DNA from: Eledone cirrhosa
Lineage: Eukaryota
Length of the DNA: 64,000 nt
Assembly: GCA_964016885.1 (NCBI GenBank)
Contig: OZ024746.1
Span: 30,380,001-30,444,000, forward strand
Reading direction: 5' to 3'
Part shown: in pieces, positions 43,767 to 55,823 of the stretch
How the letters are laid out: each line of letters starts with the position of its first letter
Position numbering within the stretch: position 1 is the first letter of the stretch
The notes under the pieces: generated by a model
Told to the model about the DNA's origin: nothing
Database searches by the model: none
The model's input: the letters and a program-made list of their open reading frames with translations, nothing else
Position numbers and translations under genes: made by a program

Positions 43767-45495
43767 GTTGCTAGGCAGGAGTATGGGGTCCTGGGAGACA
43801 GAGTTGACATCAACTGGAGTATCCTTGGGAAGCGTGAAGATCAAGAGAGGTATCTTCCAGGGAGATAGCCTGTCCCCTCTGTTGTTTGTCCTTGCCCTGA
43901 TGCCCTTGACCATTATGCTGCGAAAAGTGAGAGCAGGATACAAGTTGGGAAGGGGAGAGCTTACCATCAATCACCTCCTCTTCATGGACGATCTTAAGCT
44001 CTTCGGGAAAAGTGAGAAGGAGTTGGATGTGCTTGTTGACACTGTCCGTATTTTCAGCAGTGATATATGTATGCAGTTTGGTATTGGTAAATGTGGAGTC
44101 ATTGTGATGAAGAGGGGTAGGTTGAGCAGAAGTAACGGGATCCAGATACCAACAGGTGAGATGATAAAGGAAATTGACTCTGAGGAAGGATACAAGTATT
44201 TGGGCGTTCTGGAGGCTGATGGCATAAAGAACAAAAAAATGAAGGAATTGTTAAGAACTGAATACATTCGGAGAGTAAGGAGCGTATTGAAGTCACATCT
44301 GAACAGCAGAAATGCCATAAGCGCAGTAAATTCCCGAGCTGTGTCTATTATTAGGTACAGTGCGGGAATTCTGAGATGGAATGTTGCTGAACAAAAAGAA
44401 ATGGATAGGAAGACTAGGAAGCTATTGACTATCTACAACATGTTCCACAAGAGGAGTGATGTCGATAGACTCTACCTAAGGAGATCTGAGGGTGGAAGAG
44501 GTCTTATCAGCATAGAGCACTGTGTTCAGATGGAGAAAAACAACCTATACAAATACGTGACCTATAGTAAGGAGCCAATGCTCAGAACTGTACTGAAGGA
44601 GGGGACAGTAGGCCAGGGGATGTCCAAGGAGGAAATAACATCAAGGAGGAAGAGCAGCCTTAAGGGAAAATCCCTTCATAGTACCTTCTTTGAGAAAACT
44701 GAATTTAGAGATCCACAGACATGGAACTGGTTGAGAAGAGGAGACCTCAAAAAGGCTACAGAAGGAATGCTAATGGCTGCGCAGGAGCAGGCCCTCAAAA
44801 CGAAGTGGTTGAAGCACCATATCTACAAGGAGGAGGCTAGCCCACTGTGCAGGATCTGTGGAGAGAGAGAGGAGACTGTGGCTCACATTGTGTTCGAGTG
44901 TAAACACCTAGCCCAGACCCACTATAAGGGCTGGAGACACGATGTGATGGGCAGGGTGATCCACTGGCACCTGTGCAAAGTAAACAATTTACCACATTCT
45001 GAGAAATGGTATGAGCATAGGCCAGAGGCGGTGATGGAGAACAATCAGGTGAAGGTGCTGTGGGATTTTAGGATACAGACGGACAAAAAACTGGAACACA
45101 ATAGACCTGACCTGGTGGTTGTGGACAAAGAAAAAAGATCGTGTCTGATTGTGGATGTGGCCTGCCCGTTCGACACGAGAGTGCAAGAGAAGGAGAGGGA
45201 GAAAATTAACCGATACCAGGACCTAAAGTGGGAGGTGAAAAGGATTTGGAACTGCCATGAAGTCAAAGTGATCCCGATTGTCATAGGCGCACTGGGGACT
45301 ATCTCCAAAAGTTTCCAGGGATGGTTAAAGAAAATCGGCCCCTTCACGCTTTTTGGAACGCTTCAAAAGGCATGCTTGCTTGGAACAGCAAGAATCCTCC
45401 GATACGTCCTGAATATCTGAGGCTGCAGGTAGTGGCTTGATATTCAATCCAACGGACTTTCCAGTTAACCAACATCAATGACTGAGATTCAAGGA
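43765..45495 (+). mobile_element. R4/Dong-type RLE non-LTR retrotransposon, 5'-truncated, in (TAA)n
   Basis: Uninterrupted 550-codon frame followed by a short 3' UTR and (TAA)n. Confidence 0.92.
43768..45420 (+). CDS. C-terminal RT, CCHC finger and PD-(D/E)xK restriction-like endonuclease
   Basis: GIFQGDSLSPLLF, HLLFMDDLKL, CRICGEREETVAHIVFEC, RHD, RPDLVVVD...IVDVACP, EKINRYQDL. Confidence 0.92.
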   Translation: MLGRSMGSWETELTSTGVSLGSVKIKRGIFQGDSLSPLLFVLALMPLTIMLRKVRAGYKLGRGELTINHLLFMDDLKLFGKSEKELDVLVDTVRIFSSDICMQFGIGKCGVIVMKRGRLSRSNGIQIPTGEMIKEIDSEEGYKYLGVLEADGIKNKKMKELLRTEYIRRVRSVLKSHLNSRNAISAVNSRAVSIIRYSAGILRWNVAEQKEMDRKTRKLLTIYNMFHKRSDVDRLYLRRSEGGRGLISIEHCVQMEKNNLYKYVTYSKEPMLRTVLKEGTVGQGMSKEEITSRRKSSLKGKSLHSTFFEKTEFRDPQTWNWLRRGDLKKATEGMLMAAQEQALKTKWLKHHIYKEEASPLCRICGEREETVAHIVFECKHLAQTHYKGWRHDVMGRVIHWHLCKVNNLPHSEKWYEHRPEAVMENNQVKVLWDFRIQTDKKLEHNRPDLVVVDKEKRSCLIVDVACPFDTRVQEKEREKINRYQDLKWEVKRIWNCHEVKVIPIVIGALGTISKSFQGWLKKIGPFTLFGTLQKACLLGTARILRYVLNI

Positions 45496-45503
45496 ATAAC
45501 AAC

Positions 45504-45541
<38 letters not shown>

Positions 45542-45542
<1 letters not shown>

Positions 45543-46000
45543 AAGTGGTATGAGCATAAGCCAGAGTCGGTAATGGAAAACGATCAAGTGAAGGTGCTGT
45601 GGGATTTTAGGATACAGATGGACAAGAAACTGAAACACAATAGACCTGACCTGGTGGTTTTGGACTTGGAAAAAAGATCGTGTCTGATTCGACACGAGAG
45701 TGCAAGAGAAGGAGAGGGAGAAAATTAACCGATACCAGGACTTAAAGTGGGAGGTAAAAAAGGATTTGGAACTGCCATGAAGTCAAAGTGGTCCCGATTG
45801 TCATAGGCGCACTAGGTACTATCTCAAGGAGTTTCCAGGGATGGTTAAAGAAGATTAGTCCAGCCCCGCTTTTTGGAACACTTCAAAAGGCATGCTTGCT
45901 GGGAACAGCAAGATCACTCCGATACGTCCTGAATATCTGAGGCTGCAGGTAGCAGCTTGATATTCATTTCAACAAACTTTCCAGATGACTGAGACTCAAA
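45542..46000 (+). mobile_element. Second, shorter R4/Dong 3' copy
   Basis: Diverged repeat of about 45003-45495 with a deletion; flanked by (TAA)n. Confidence 0.9.
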
Positions 46001-46010
46001 GAACAATAAC

Positions 46011-46047
<37 letters not shown>

Positions 46048-46783
46048 TTACTAGTAATAATAATAATAATAATTGAATCGTTACTTAATGTACTAACACG
46101 GATTAATTAAAATGTTAATTAAAAATGAGTTGTAATGCTATATAATGTATCTCGCATAGATTAAATATAATTTTTAAAAAAACATCAAAAATAATTGACA
46201 AATAAGAATTGTCTTTGATAAGGTAATAAATATTTGGTTTAAAATGTCGGTGGAAACAGAGTTAAGATTTGATACACTTAACTACGTGGTTCATATATGG
46301 CAGCGGTGTATGCGATATTGTAGTTTAATTAACTTTACTACAGATTAAATATAAAATTGTTTGCTATGTTGAGATTGTGAGATATTTGAAAGATATCACG
46401 AATGATCGTGGAATGGACCTCCGTCTGTTTCGAATGTGAGTGTTCTAGCTGTTCGATCAAAAGAACAACCAGTTCGTGAGATTAACGTGCAAGTGGATGA
46501 TCCTAATTGAGAAATGTGTACACTTAAGGAAGATTCGTCTTTACACAAAACTGATCATTCGTAGTTCTCAGGAAGATTCATCTTTACACAGTTGGTTACA
46601 AAACTGACCCTCTGAATTACAGGTACAACCCATTTTTGCAAAGTGAAATAAAGTGTTTCTGGTTTGTTCCCATTGCGTGATACTTAGAACGTGTCATTTA
46701 CTGACAGAAACCCACCGAGTGTATGCAGGTAAATATACATATATACATATTACATATATACATATTACATATATACATATGTA

Positions 46784-47194
46784 TAGTGGTGGATTGGCCA
46801 GGTTGCCAGGTTGCCCAATGGCAGGTGGGCCCCGGGGAGCCCAAGGTAACATTTGGGGGCATTTAGGGCCCACTGTAGTATTTTAGGGGCCAATGCTTTC
46901 CTTTCAAAAAATAACTGAAATCTAAGAGAAAGAATTACTAGAAATCAAAATATACGATAGTGCAAATAGCTGGAATCAATGGTTGTACATTCTACTAAAT
47001 CTAAAGCTTAGTGTATTCATTCATGCATGCAAACATACATATTTAGACACAGACACACAAGCATATGTATATATATATATATATACTTACATGTGAACTA
47101 CTGGCAAAATAATATTTGTTATCAATGGATTAAAGACATCTGTCAAATCAATTAGTGGTGAAGGTGGTGTATACATGCACACACACACACATTT

Positions 47195-47268
<74 letters not shown>

Positions 47269-47487
47269 AGTGAGTGTGAAAGTCACTGGATTTCGCAAAA
47301 TACATAATATTTTTTATTGGAGAAGGTAAGATATTTCTCCGCAAAAATTTGATTGCACTGTTTTGTTTCCACTTATGTAATTTTTGAAAATATTATTTAT
47401 ACATTATAAAAATGTTATGATACCATTCTATATGTAGGTGGGCCCCCTTCATCTAGCAACCAATATTTTTAGACCTAGTCCGCCACA

Positions 47488-47569
<82 letters not shown>

Positions 47570-48481
47570 TTCCAATGATTGTAAGTTTGAATCTGACATG
47601 CAAAAATATATATATGGGAATAAGGTAAGCCCAAGTCATAGTAGATTCAAATATCAGAGAGAGAGTGAGATAGAGTGTGTGTGTGAGAGAGAGAGAGAGA
47701 GAAAGAGTGGGGGGAATGAGGGGAAATAGAAATGAAACATGGATTACAGGTTAAAATATAGTCTAGATAGATAAGAAACAAAACGAGGATGTTTTTTATG
47801 GAACACCTATATGATCTAGAAGTCGACCTTAATAGGTGCAATAACATTAAGAAAGACATGAACGACACCACAACACTTTGTTTTGAAAATTTTGAATTAG
47901 GTTTATAAGTATAAATTTTCGTAAAATTTACGAAGATGTCTCTGTGGTCTAATGGTAGGTACTAGAAACTGTGGAGATCCTTCCCGTCGTTTCAATTCTG
48001 GTCAAGAGGTATATGCAACATTTTTCAGTTTTTATTTTACAACCAATAGAAAAAAACTGAAACGGTTCCGACCCGGATCGAACTTCAGACCAGGATCACC
48101 ACCGTCTATGACACCTCCAACTAGGCCACCGACACAGCTACAAAAGTATAACGAAAATTGATAATTAATTAAACCTACTTTCAAAATCAAAGTTTAAAAG
48201 ATATGGTGTCGTTCATGGCTTTCCTACAGCTATTAATCATATTTAGGGTTGACTTCTGGTCATTGTTGAAAGTCACTGGATTTCACAAAATACATAATAT
48301 TTTTTATTGGAGTAGGTAAGATATCATTCCGCAAAAATTTGATTGCACTGTTTTATTTCCACCATTGTATTTTTCGAAAATGTTATTTATTCATTATGAA
48401 AATTAAATGATAGCATTCTATATGTAGGTGGGCCCCATTGATCTCCTGACAACCAATATTTTTAGACCCAATCCGCCACTG
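46784..48481. mobile_element. Non-autonomous hAT-type DNA element
   Basis: TIRs tagtggtggattgg / ccaatccgccactg; 8-bp TSD CATATGTA at 46776-46783 and 48482-48489; right end duplicated (47277-47488 versus 48267-48481). Confidence 0.8.
47811..48264. mobile_element. Old fold-back element with two convergent tRNA-like units
   Basis: Diverged inverted arms; A/B-box-like motifs at 47938-48010 (+) and 48063-48138 (-), each followed by T-runs. Confidence 0.55.
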
Positions 48482-48482
48482 C

Positions 48483-48521
<39 letters not shown>

Positions 48522-48775
48522 AAAGAATAGAGGTGTAACACACAAGTTATTATATATTGGTAAACGGAATAGAAAATGCTGACAAATTGTTCACAGTTGA
48601 AAAATGGTTTAATTAGGAATAAAAGAGTATTAGTGATTGTATGGGTTAGTATTCAGTTGTGGTTTTAAGTTTTTAAGTTTTTACCGGTTGCGCATTTCTA
48701 AATGCTTTTCAAAAATAATTTTGAGATAGAGTGTCCGTGCTGTTTGCTCTGATCTGATTAGTTTTGGGAATTCTA

Positions 48776-49003
48776 CCTGTTTTTATGTTAAAAAAGTGGC
48801 TCCAGCGTTATTTTTGTGTTGCAAAAATTCTTGTGGTCAAAACAATTTTGATTGGTGGGTAGAGGTCATGTGAATGTAAAAAGTTGATTTTGCGCCAAGA
48901 CTGTTTTTATGTTAAAAAAGTGGCTCCAGCAAAAATTCTTGGTCAAAACAATTTTGATTGGTCGGTAGAGGTCATGTGAATAAAAAATTGGTTTTGCGCC
49001 AAG
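48776..49003. repeat. Tandem duplication of about 100-125 bp
   Basis: ctgtttttatgttaaaaaagtggctccagc...ttttgcgccaaga occurs twice. Confidence 0.85.
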
Positions 49004-49118
49004 ATTGAGAAATGACTCTTTCACAACAAATATGTGTGTGTGTGTGTATATATATATATACAGAGAGAGATATAGATATAGATATATATATATAGATATA
49101 GATAAAATTGGTCGTTTT

Positions 49119-49928
49119 GGAAATGTAGAAAGAGACGTAGAGGAACGTAAGAATAGGGTAAAAATAATAACACAAGATAGAGTTACCTTGGAAGTGATTT
49201 AATTGTCCCGATACAGGATAGAATGTGGCAAGTGTAATGACTTCTACATCGGTAACACCATCCGGCCATTACATCTCCGGATCAAGGAACACATCAACAC
49301 CAGGGCCTCGTCTTTCCGGAAATACATAATCAAATGCGGAAACAAAGAAGGAAGGACCATTGTCGCAGTGTTAGCGACAGGACGCAATGTCGGCACTTTA
49401 AGAATCAAGGAAGCACTCTGGATCAAACGCCTCGGACCATAAATCAATAATCGAGCCGAGAGAAGTGAGAGCAGATGGGTGGTGTAAACAAATGAAATAA
49501 AAAAACAACACACACACAGTAGCAATTGAGCGATTGTTATTGTGTGTATATCGTGCTGACACCCACCCACCCTCCCCGACCGACAGACAACAAGCAGGCA
49601 GATTAACAGCACCATGCCTGCCAGTTTCACAGACCGAATGTAAGGAACTAACAGCGAAGATGCATTGACACATCACCACCCCACTGCTCTAGTATAGAAG
49701 AACTGCCTCGACCTTTGTTTGCCCGCAGCTATTCCGCCCACACGGTAAACAGCAGAGGCCACGTGTTATCCCTCTCCGACAAAAAACCTTTTCTCCTCGG
49801 AAAACCCCCAGTTGGTGGATGCGAAATCCGAAATATAAGGACAATTAAATCACTTCCATTTCTCGTGTTATTATTTTTACACTTTACTTACGTTCCTCTA
49901 CGCACTCTACGTCTGTTTCTACATTTCC
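49119..49928 (+). mobile_element. 5'-truncated Penelope-like element with inverted pLTR part
   Basis: GIY-YIG ORF 49203-49442; inverted arms 49119-49207 and 49839-49928; TA-rich flanks. Confidence 0.85.
49203..49442 (+). pseudogene. GIY-YIG endonuclease fragment
   Basis: YRIECGKCNDFYIGNTIRPLHLRIKEH...LRIKEALWIKRLGP*INNR. Confidence 0.9.
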
Positions 49929-50013
49929 TGGGGTGGTGATGTGAACAAATGTTTCACAAATGTTCCACCATGGCCTCAGCCGGATGGCTAGAACAGGTAA
50001 AAGAGTAAAAGAG

Positions 50014-50087
<74 letters not shown>

Positions 50088-50805
50088 AGATATATGGAGA
50101 ATAAAAATGGCTGTGTAATTGCTATTTAAGGTAACTTAAAATGCAGTGGGAATACGAAGAAAACAAGAACGGGGGGGGGTCCTCGTCAGTTGTCTACTGG
50201 CGTCTAGGATATTTCTACGCTTTCAAGACAAGATACCACTTCACCCCAGGGCGTCAATAACTGGATAAGTTATTGGGAAATCGAAGGAAGGGGGGAAGGA
50301 AAGCAAAGGGGAAGAAAAGAGAAACAGTAACAAAACAGCGAAAAAAACACAAACCGAGCAATGTGCGAGCAACTATAGGTAGGAAATCCAAGACCACTCG
50401 ATAATAGAACTTAATTCGAGACACCGAGTAATCGAGAGAAAAGACACACGTCCGATCGCCGCATTTGTGAGTGAGAAAAGAACTGCTAAACGGTCAGACG
50501 AGGGGGTGAAAGTGAGAGGGAGAAAGGGAGGGGAAGAAAGAGGGGTGCGAGTAGAAAGTGGCGAATATATATATATATATATATATATGTGCATGAATGT
50601 GTGTATGTGTATGCATGTATGTGTGTGTTCTGTATTTGTGTGCAATCAACAAACCATTAGTGTCGAGAGAACCAACATTAATTTATCGCTCTGTCTAGTC
50701 ATTTTAAAAACGCTGGAGAAAACCCAAGCGTGTTGATTATTTTTCTAATTATATTATATTTTTAATTAATTTTCTGATAATAATGACAATCAGTAAACTA
50801 TTTGT

Positions 50806-51170
50806 CTGGAGAAAAAGCTAGACGGGGCATACACACGTATGCTCCGCGCTGCTTTAAACGTGTCTTGGAGGGAACACCCAACAAATAAGGATCTCTATGG
50901 CAATATACCACCTATCAGCAGGTCAATACGTGGACAGAGACTCAGATTTGCTGGCCACTGTTGGCGCAGCAAGGAAGAAATAGCAGGTGATGTGTTGTTA
51001 TGGAGTCCATCTCATGGAGCAAGAAACGCTGGTCGTTTCAAGAAGACATACGTCAAGCAACTTGAGGACGATACTGGATGCACTGCGGAAGAACTGGCAA
51101 ACGCTATGAGAGACAGAGATGGATGGAGGAAACGTGTCGTAGAAAGCCGAGCAAGCTCGACCTGATGATG
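50806..51170 (+). mobile_element. RTE-like LINE 3' fragment with 11-bp TSD
   Basis: LDGAYTRMLRAALNVSW...RLRFAGHCWR; stop codon runs straight into a TGATGATG tail; TSD aaactatttgt at 50795-50805 and 51171-51181. Confidence 0.9.
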
Positions 51171-51779
51171 AAACTATTTGTTCAGTTTACATAATTTATT
51201 ATATTCCTGATACGACGATTTTTTCTTTTTTTTCTGTTAAAATATAGTTTATTTCCTGGTAAAATATAGAATACGAATTTCACATAATTATATGACAGAG
51301 TTAAGTCTTAATACCGACATATTGCTTACTTTACTGATGATGGTAGGGATGGTGATGGTGATGGTGGTGATAATGGTGGCGATGGTGATGATGGTGATGA
51401 TGATGGTGATATTGGGGATGATGATGGTGGTGGTGGTGGTGGTGATGGTGATGTCAATGATGATGTGAGTGAGGGTGACGATGATAGTGGTGATAGTGAT
51501 GACTATTCGAAGTCAGTTGTTCGATTAACCGAATGTCCGACGTGTGAATAAACGTGTAAGTCAATGAATATTCTACAGACGCGTGTACTCATAATATAGT
51601 TTTATACTGAACTGCCTGAAACCACCCGTAAATTTATGATTCCAAACTCTTTGTTTGAAAGAGTTTATATTTATGTAAAAACCTTCCATCATAATTTTAT
51701 GTAAGAACCTTTGTTATGTTCCAAACCCTAATTTTTTATTAAATTATATTAATGAACCCTTCCAAATTTGAAACCATAG

Positions 51780-52180
51780 TCTTCTTCTTCGACCCCTAAT
51801 TCCTGAGAATCTTTTCGGCGGGTCTTGTCCGAAGCAACCGTCTCCAATTGATCTGGCTGGATCCCCTAGCGAGGCCAGCTAAGCTCATGGATGTTATCCA
51901 ACACTGTTGCTCGGGGTCTACCCGCCGGTTGAGGTCTACCGGCAAGCTGGTTTTGCCCGTAAAATCGTTTCTTTCCTGAAACATTCTAACTCCATGTTTG
52001 TTCTATCTGAGCTGTGATCTCTCAATTCGAAGAAGTAAGTAGCAGCTCTACCTGGAGAGACTCTCTGATATCCGAGCTACACACTCACTTGAGTCGTTAC
52101 CCTAGATTCCTGACAATAGGGAAAGGTTGGCAGGAATACCGAATTAAAGATAGCGAGTTTGGCTTTTATCTGAAAAGCAT
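51780..52180 (-). mobile_element. LINE (RTE-like) 3' fragment
   Basis: Homologous to 12021-12295. Confidence 0.65.
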
Positions 52181-52536
52181 AGTCTTTCATTATAAATATT
52201 GCAATAAAAGGGTTAATGACATAGACAGTCGTCTTTCATTATAAATATAATAATAAACGTATTTAACCTGATTCCTCAGGAGGCAATATTTAAAGTTTCC
52301 TGTACACAAGGAACCGCTTTTAATGTGTTCTTGTACAGGAAACTATTTCAGATTTCTTTGTTCCCCAAGAAAAATAATTGTTTTTGTTGAATTACATTTG
52401 AGATGCAGGTATATATGCATATATACACATACATTCATAACAATATACACACATATACACACATATACACACACAGGCATGCACACACACGCACACTCAC
52501 AGACACACACATATGTATATATATATATAGATATAG

Positions 52537-52646
<110 letters not shown>

Positions 52647-53219
52647 GTATGTGTGCGTGTGTATGTGTGCGTGTGTGTGTGTGTGTGTGTTTGTATATGT
52701 ATATATATATATATATTAGTATTGTTCTAGCACACTGAACATATGTCATGTTATTCCTATACCTTTTCATGCATTTAATACGCATATGCTTCTCTCCTAC
52801 TCTGTCAATTTCCCCCCTGAAACCTGACAACACGCCAAGGTTTTCTGCGCCATACTAACTTCGCCATATTCACTTCACTATCTGCGCGCACAGTAACAGG
52901 CTGTTAACTCTATCACGTCAGAACACAACACAACAATAATCCTTTATATTCAATATATTCAAAATGTCCATAAACATTACCCATTATATTCGATGTAAGC
53001 TTCTCCCTGTTAACACGGAACAAAGGATCTGCTTTTTACGGGGAAAATTAAATGAGGATTTGTGTTGGTAGTTATTTTCTCTTGTGAGTTATCGATTCGA
53101 TAGCTGCTTCGATAGCCAGCCTTGATCAACCTGATCTATTATTATAATCATTCCAGCTATGACCATCCCAGTTCGATGAGACTTCTCTCTTTTAACATAG
53201 AACATTATTTTTTTATTGG

Positions 53220-53405
53220 GATGAATTGGCAGTATCGGTAGAGGGTTGGACGCCATGCTTTCTAGCATAGTTACGTCCCTTTACGGTCTGAGTTCAAATC
53301 CCGCCAAGGTTAACTTTGCCTTTCATCCTTACGTTGTCGATAAAATAAAGTACCAGTAATGTACTGGATAATTGCTGGCCTTGTGCCTAAAGTAGAAACA
53401 ATTAT
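53220..53405 (+). mobile_element. SINE family A
   Basis: Full copy; TSD attat(t)nattggga. Confidence 0.9.
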
Positions 53406-53970
53406 TTTTTTATTGGGAAATCCAAATTAAGGTTTGTTGTGGCCAAATGGGTAAGGAGTTCACTTTGCAATCATTAGACCCCGGGTTTGATCTCACTGCA
53501 CGGAATCTTGAGCAAGTGTCATTTAACATAGCCATGGATCGACATATGAATTGGGAGTGAAATTGTGTTAACGAAAACCACGTTATACAAAATGTCTTTC
53601 TAAAAGTTACGCGAGCAGCACTCGTGTGTGTGGAATTCGTAAGCAATCCTTTCCGTTCATCGAAGAACTACAACTCATCGCCGAGACAGAGGGCAATCCA
53701 TTTCATGTTTTCTCCTGTGATATATTGATGTAATTGTTAGTTTAGATTCAAGCCAGCCATAATCCATCAGATCTATTATTAGAATCGTTCAAGCAGTAAC
53801 TATTCCGGTTCGATGGGGCTTCTCTCTTCGAACACAGAACAACGGATCAATATTTTAGTAGATGCGGGAGGGCAGTAGAAATAATATCATATATACATAT
53901 TCTATTATCAATATTGAATTCTGCCTCTCTCATGGTCTACCAAGATCATTAGATCTATCTATCTATACAC

Positions 53971-54040
<70 letters not shown>

Positions 54041-54137
54041 CTAATGCCCTTGTGGCAAATAAAGAAATATATCTATCTAAATATATTTTTAAAAATATAT
54101 ATATATATACACATATATATATATACACATATATACA

Positions 54138-54177
<40 letters not shown>

Positions 54178-54179
<2 letters not shown>

Positions 54180-54373
54180 TAGGAACGAGTAGGACCCCGA
54201 TGGGTGAGCTCAAGCCGTTTCGACGGCTAATTCAGTCCAGAATTAGCCGTCGAAACGGCTTGAGCTCAGCCGTCGGGGTCCTACCCGATCCTATTACCCA
54301 CTCTACTACCCTAAGTATTAAGTACTTTGGTGCGTTATGGTCCACCTGGTTCCTTACCATATTTCCTTCGTTA
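54178..54373 (+). mobile_element. About 190-bp hairpin element in (TA)n, copy A (others at 55993-56153, 56406-56534, 56771-56958, 56999-57183)
   Basis: 5' fold-back plus shared tail ...ggtgcgttatggtccacctggttccttaccacatttccttcgtta. Confidence 0.8.
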
Positions 54374-54374
54374 T

Positions 54375-54423
<49 letters not shown>

Positions 54424-54707
54424 TACCTTCTCATAGTCGTCACATAAAATTCTATGTGTACCACTTATGGCTTAATTGCTATAAGTTATTGTTTTATCTA
54501 GCCTTTTACTCCAGGGACAGCACTTTGGCTCATCTCAGACGCTGTGACCCCGAGTGGACGAGCAGTACCGTCGGTAGGGGTCAAAACAGCCAAAATCCGT
54601 CTCAACAGCTGAAGATCTTAGAGTTCTGTGTTATTCGTTTGTCTTTTTATTTTCAAAAAAATTTCTTTTAAGTTTTCCCTTCCTTCAAAAAATATATATA
54701 TATATAT

Positions 54708-54956
54708 AGTAAAATAAAAATATATATAGAGTAAAATAAAAATATATATATAGTAAAGTAAAAATATATATAGAGTAAAATAAAAATATATATATAGTAA
54801 AGTAAAAATATATATAGAGTAAAATAAAAATATATATATAGTAAAGTAAAAATATATATAGAGTAAAATAAAAATATATATATAGTAAAGTAAAAATATA
54901 TATAGAGTAAAATAAAAATATATATATAGTAAAGTAAAAATATATATAGAGTAAAA
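54708..54956. repeat. Minisatellite of about 43 bp (alternating ~21/22-bp subunits)
   Basis: agtaaaataaaaatatatatatagtaaagtaaaaatatatatag repeated about 5.5 times. Confidence 0.92.
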
Positions 54957-55081
54957 TGAACATCGAGGGCTCACCCGGGTGAACCTACAGCAACTCCAAG
55001 TTACACTCCCTAGATGTATATATATATATATAAAATAAAGTTAAATAAAAGTCAAATGATTAAAATTTAGCTTCGTTTATT

Positions 55082-55136
55082 ACTGCTATATATATTTCAG
55101 TGACAGCCATCTTTGGCTGTGACCTCTTCAGGCAGT
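55082..55136 (-). ncRNA. Type I hammerhead ribozyme
   Basis: ACTGC CTGAAGA GGTCACAGCCA-aaga-TGGCTGTCACT GAAA TATATA TA GCAGT; perfect stem I and 10/11-bp stem II. Confidence 0.88.
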
Positions 55137-55249
55137 TTGAATTAGTATGGTATAGACAAGTACATATGTTGTTTAGGTGTATAATATTGTCAATACTCTG
55201 ATATGCCCAGTTCCTTGTTGGGTTGTTATTTCAATGAGGAACTGGAGTC

Positions 55250-55356
<107 letters not shown>

Positions 55357-55429
55357 GGTGTGGGATGCTTAAAGCGTCCGTAAGCGGTATGCCGTTTGAG
55401 CACTCTGTGCTTTTACAGAGCCGAGTATA

Positions 55430-55639
55430 ATATCACAAAAGAAACCGAGAATCAGTGGTGCTACGAATAAGATGTATTAGACATATTACAATCGTTTCCC
55501 TGGCGACCAGCTCGAGACACGATCGATGCAATGATCAAAGTCAGGTTTGATCATCGCATCGATCGTGCCTCGAGCTGGTCACCAGAGAAACGATTGTAAT
55601 ATGTCTAATAAATCTTAGCGCTGATTCTCCGTTTCTTAT

Positions 55640-55646
<7 letters not shown>
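55430..55646. repeat. Fold-back element (about 105-bp arms, gtcagg loop); related copy at about 56165-56282
   Basis: 55430-55539 versus 55546-55646; abuts (TA)n. Confidence 0.88.
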
Positions 55647-55679
<33 letters not shown>

Positions 55680-55772
55680 AAAATAGAAGCTTTCACCGTA
55701 TGTTTGACTAAAGAAATTTGAGCCTGAAAGTGTGGTTTAGAACCCTCTAAGAAATGGAAAAAGATGAGTATC

Positions 55773-55823
<51 letters not shown>

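Noticed and set aside
50177-50230. Possible hammerhead on the minus strand (GAAA...CTGACGA-GGAC)
   Set aside because: Stem I cannot form, and the core is sequestered in an alternative hairpin (cgccagt/actgacg).
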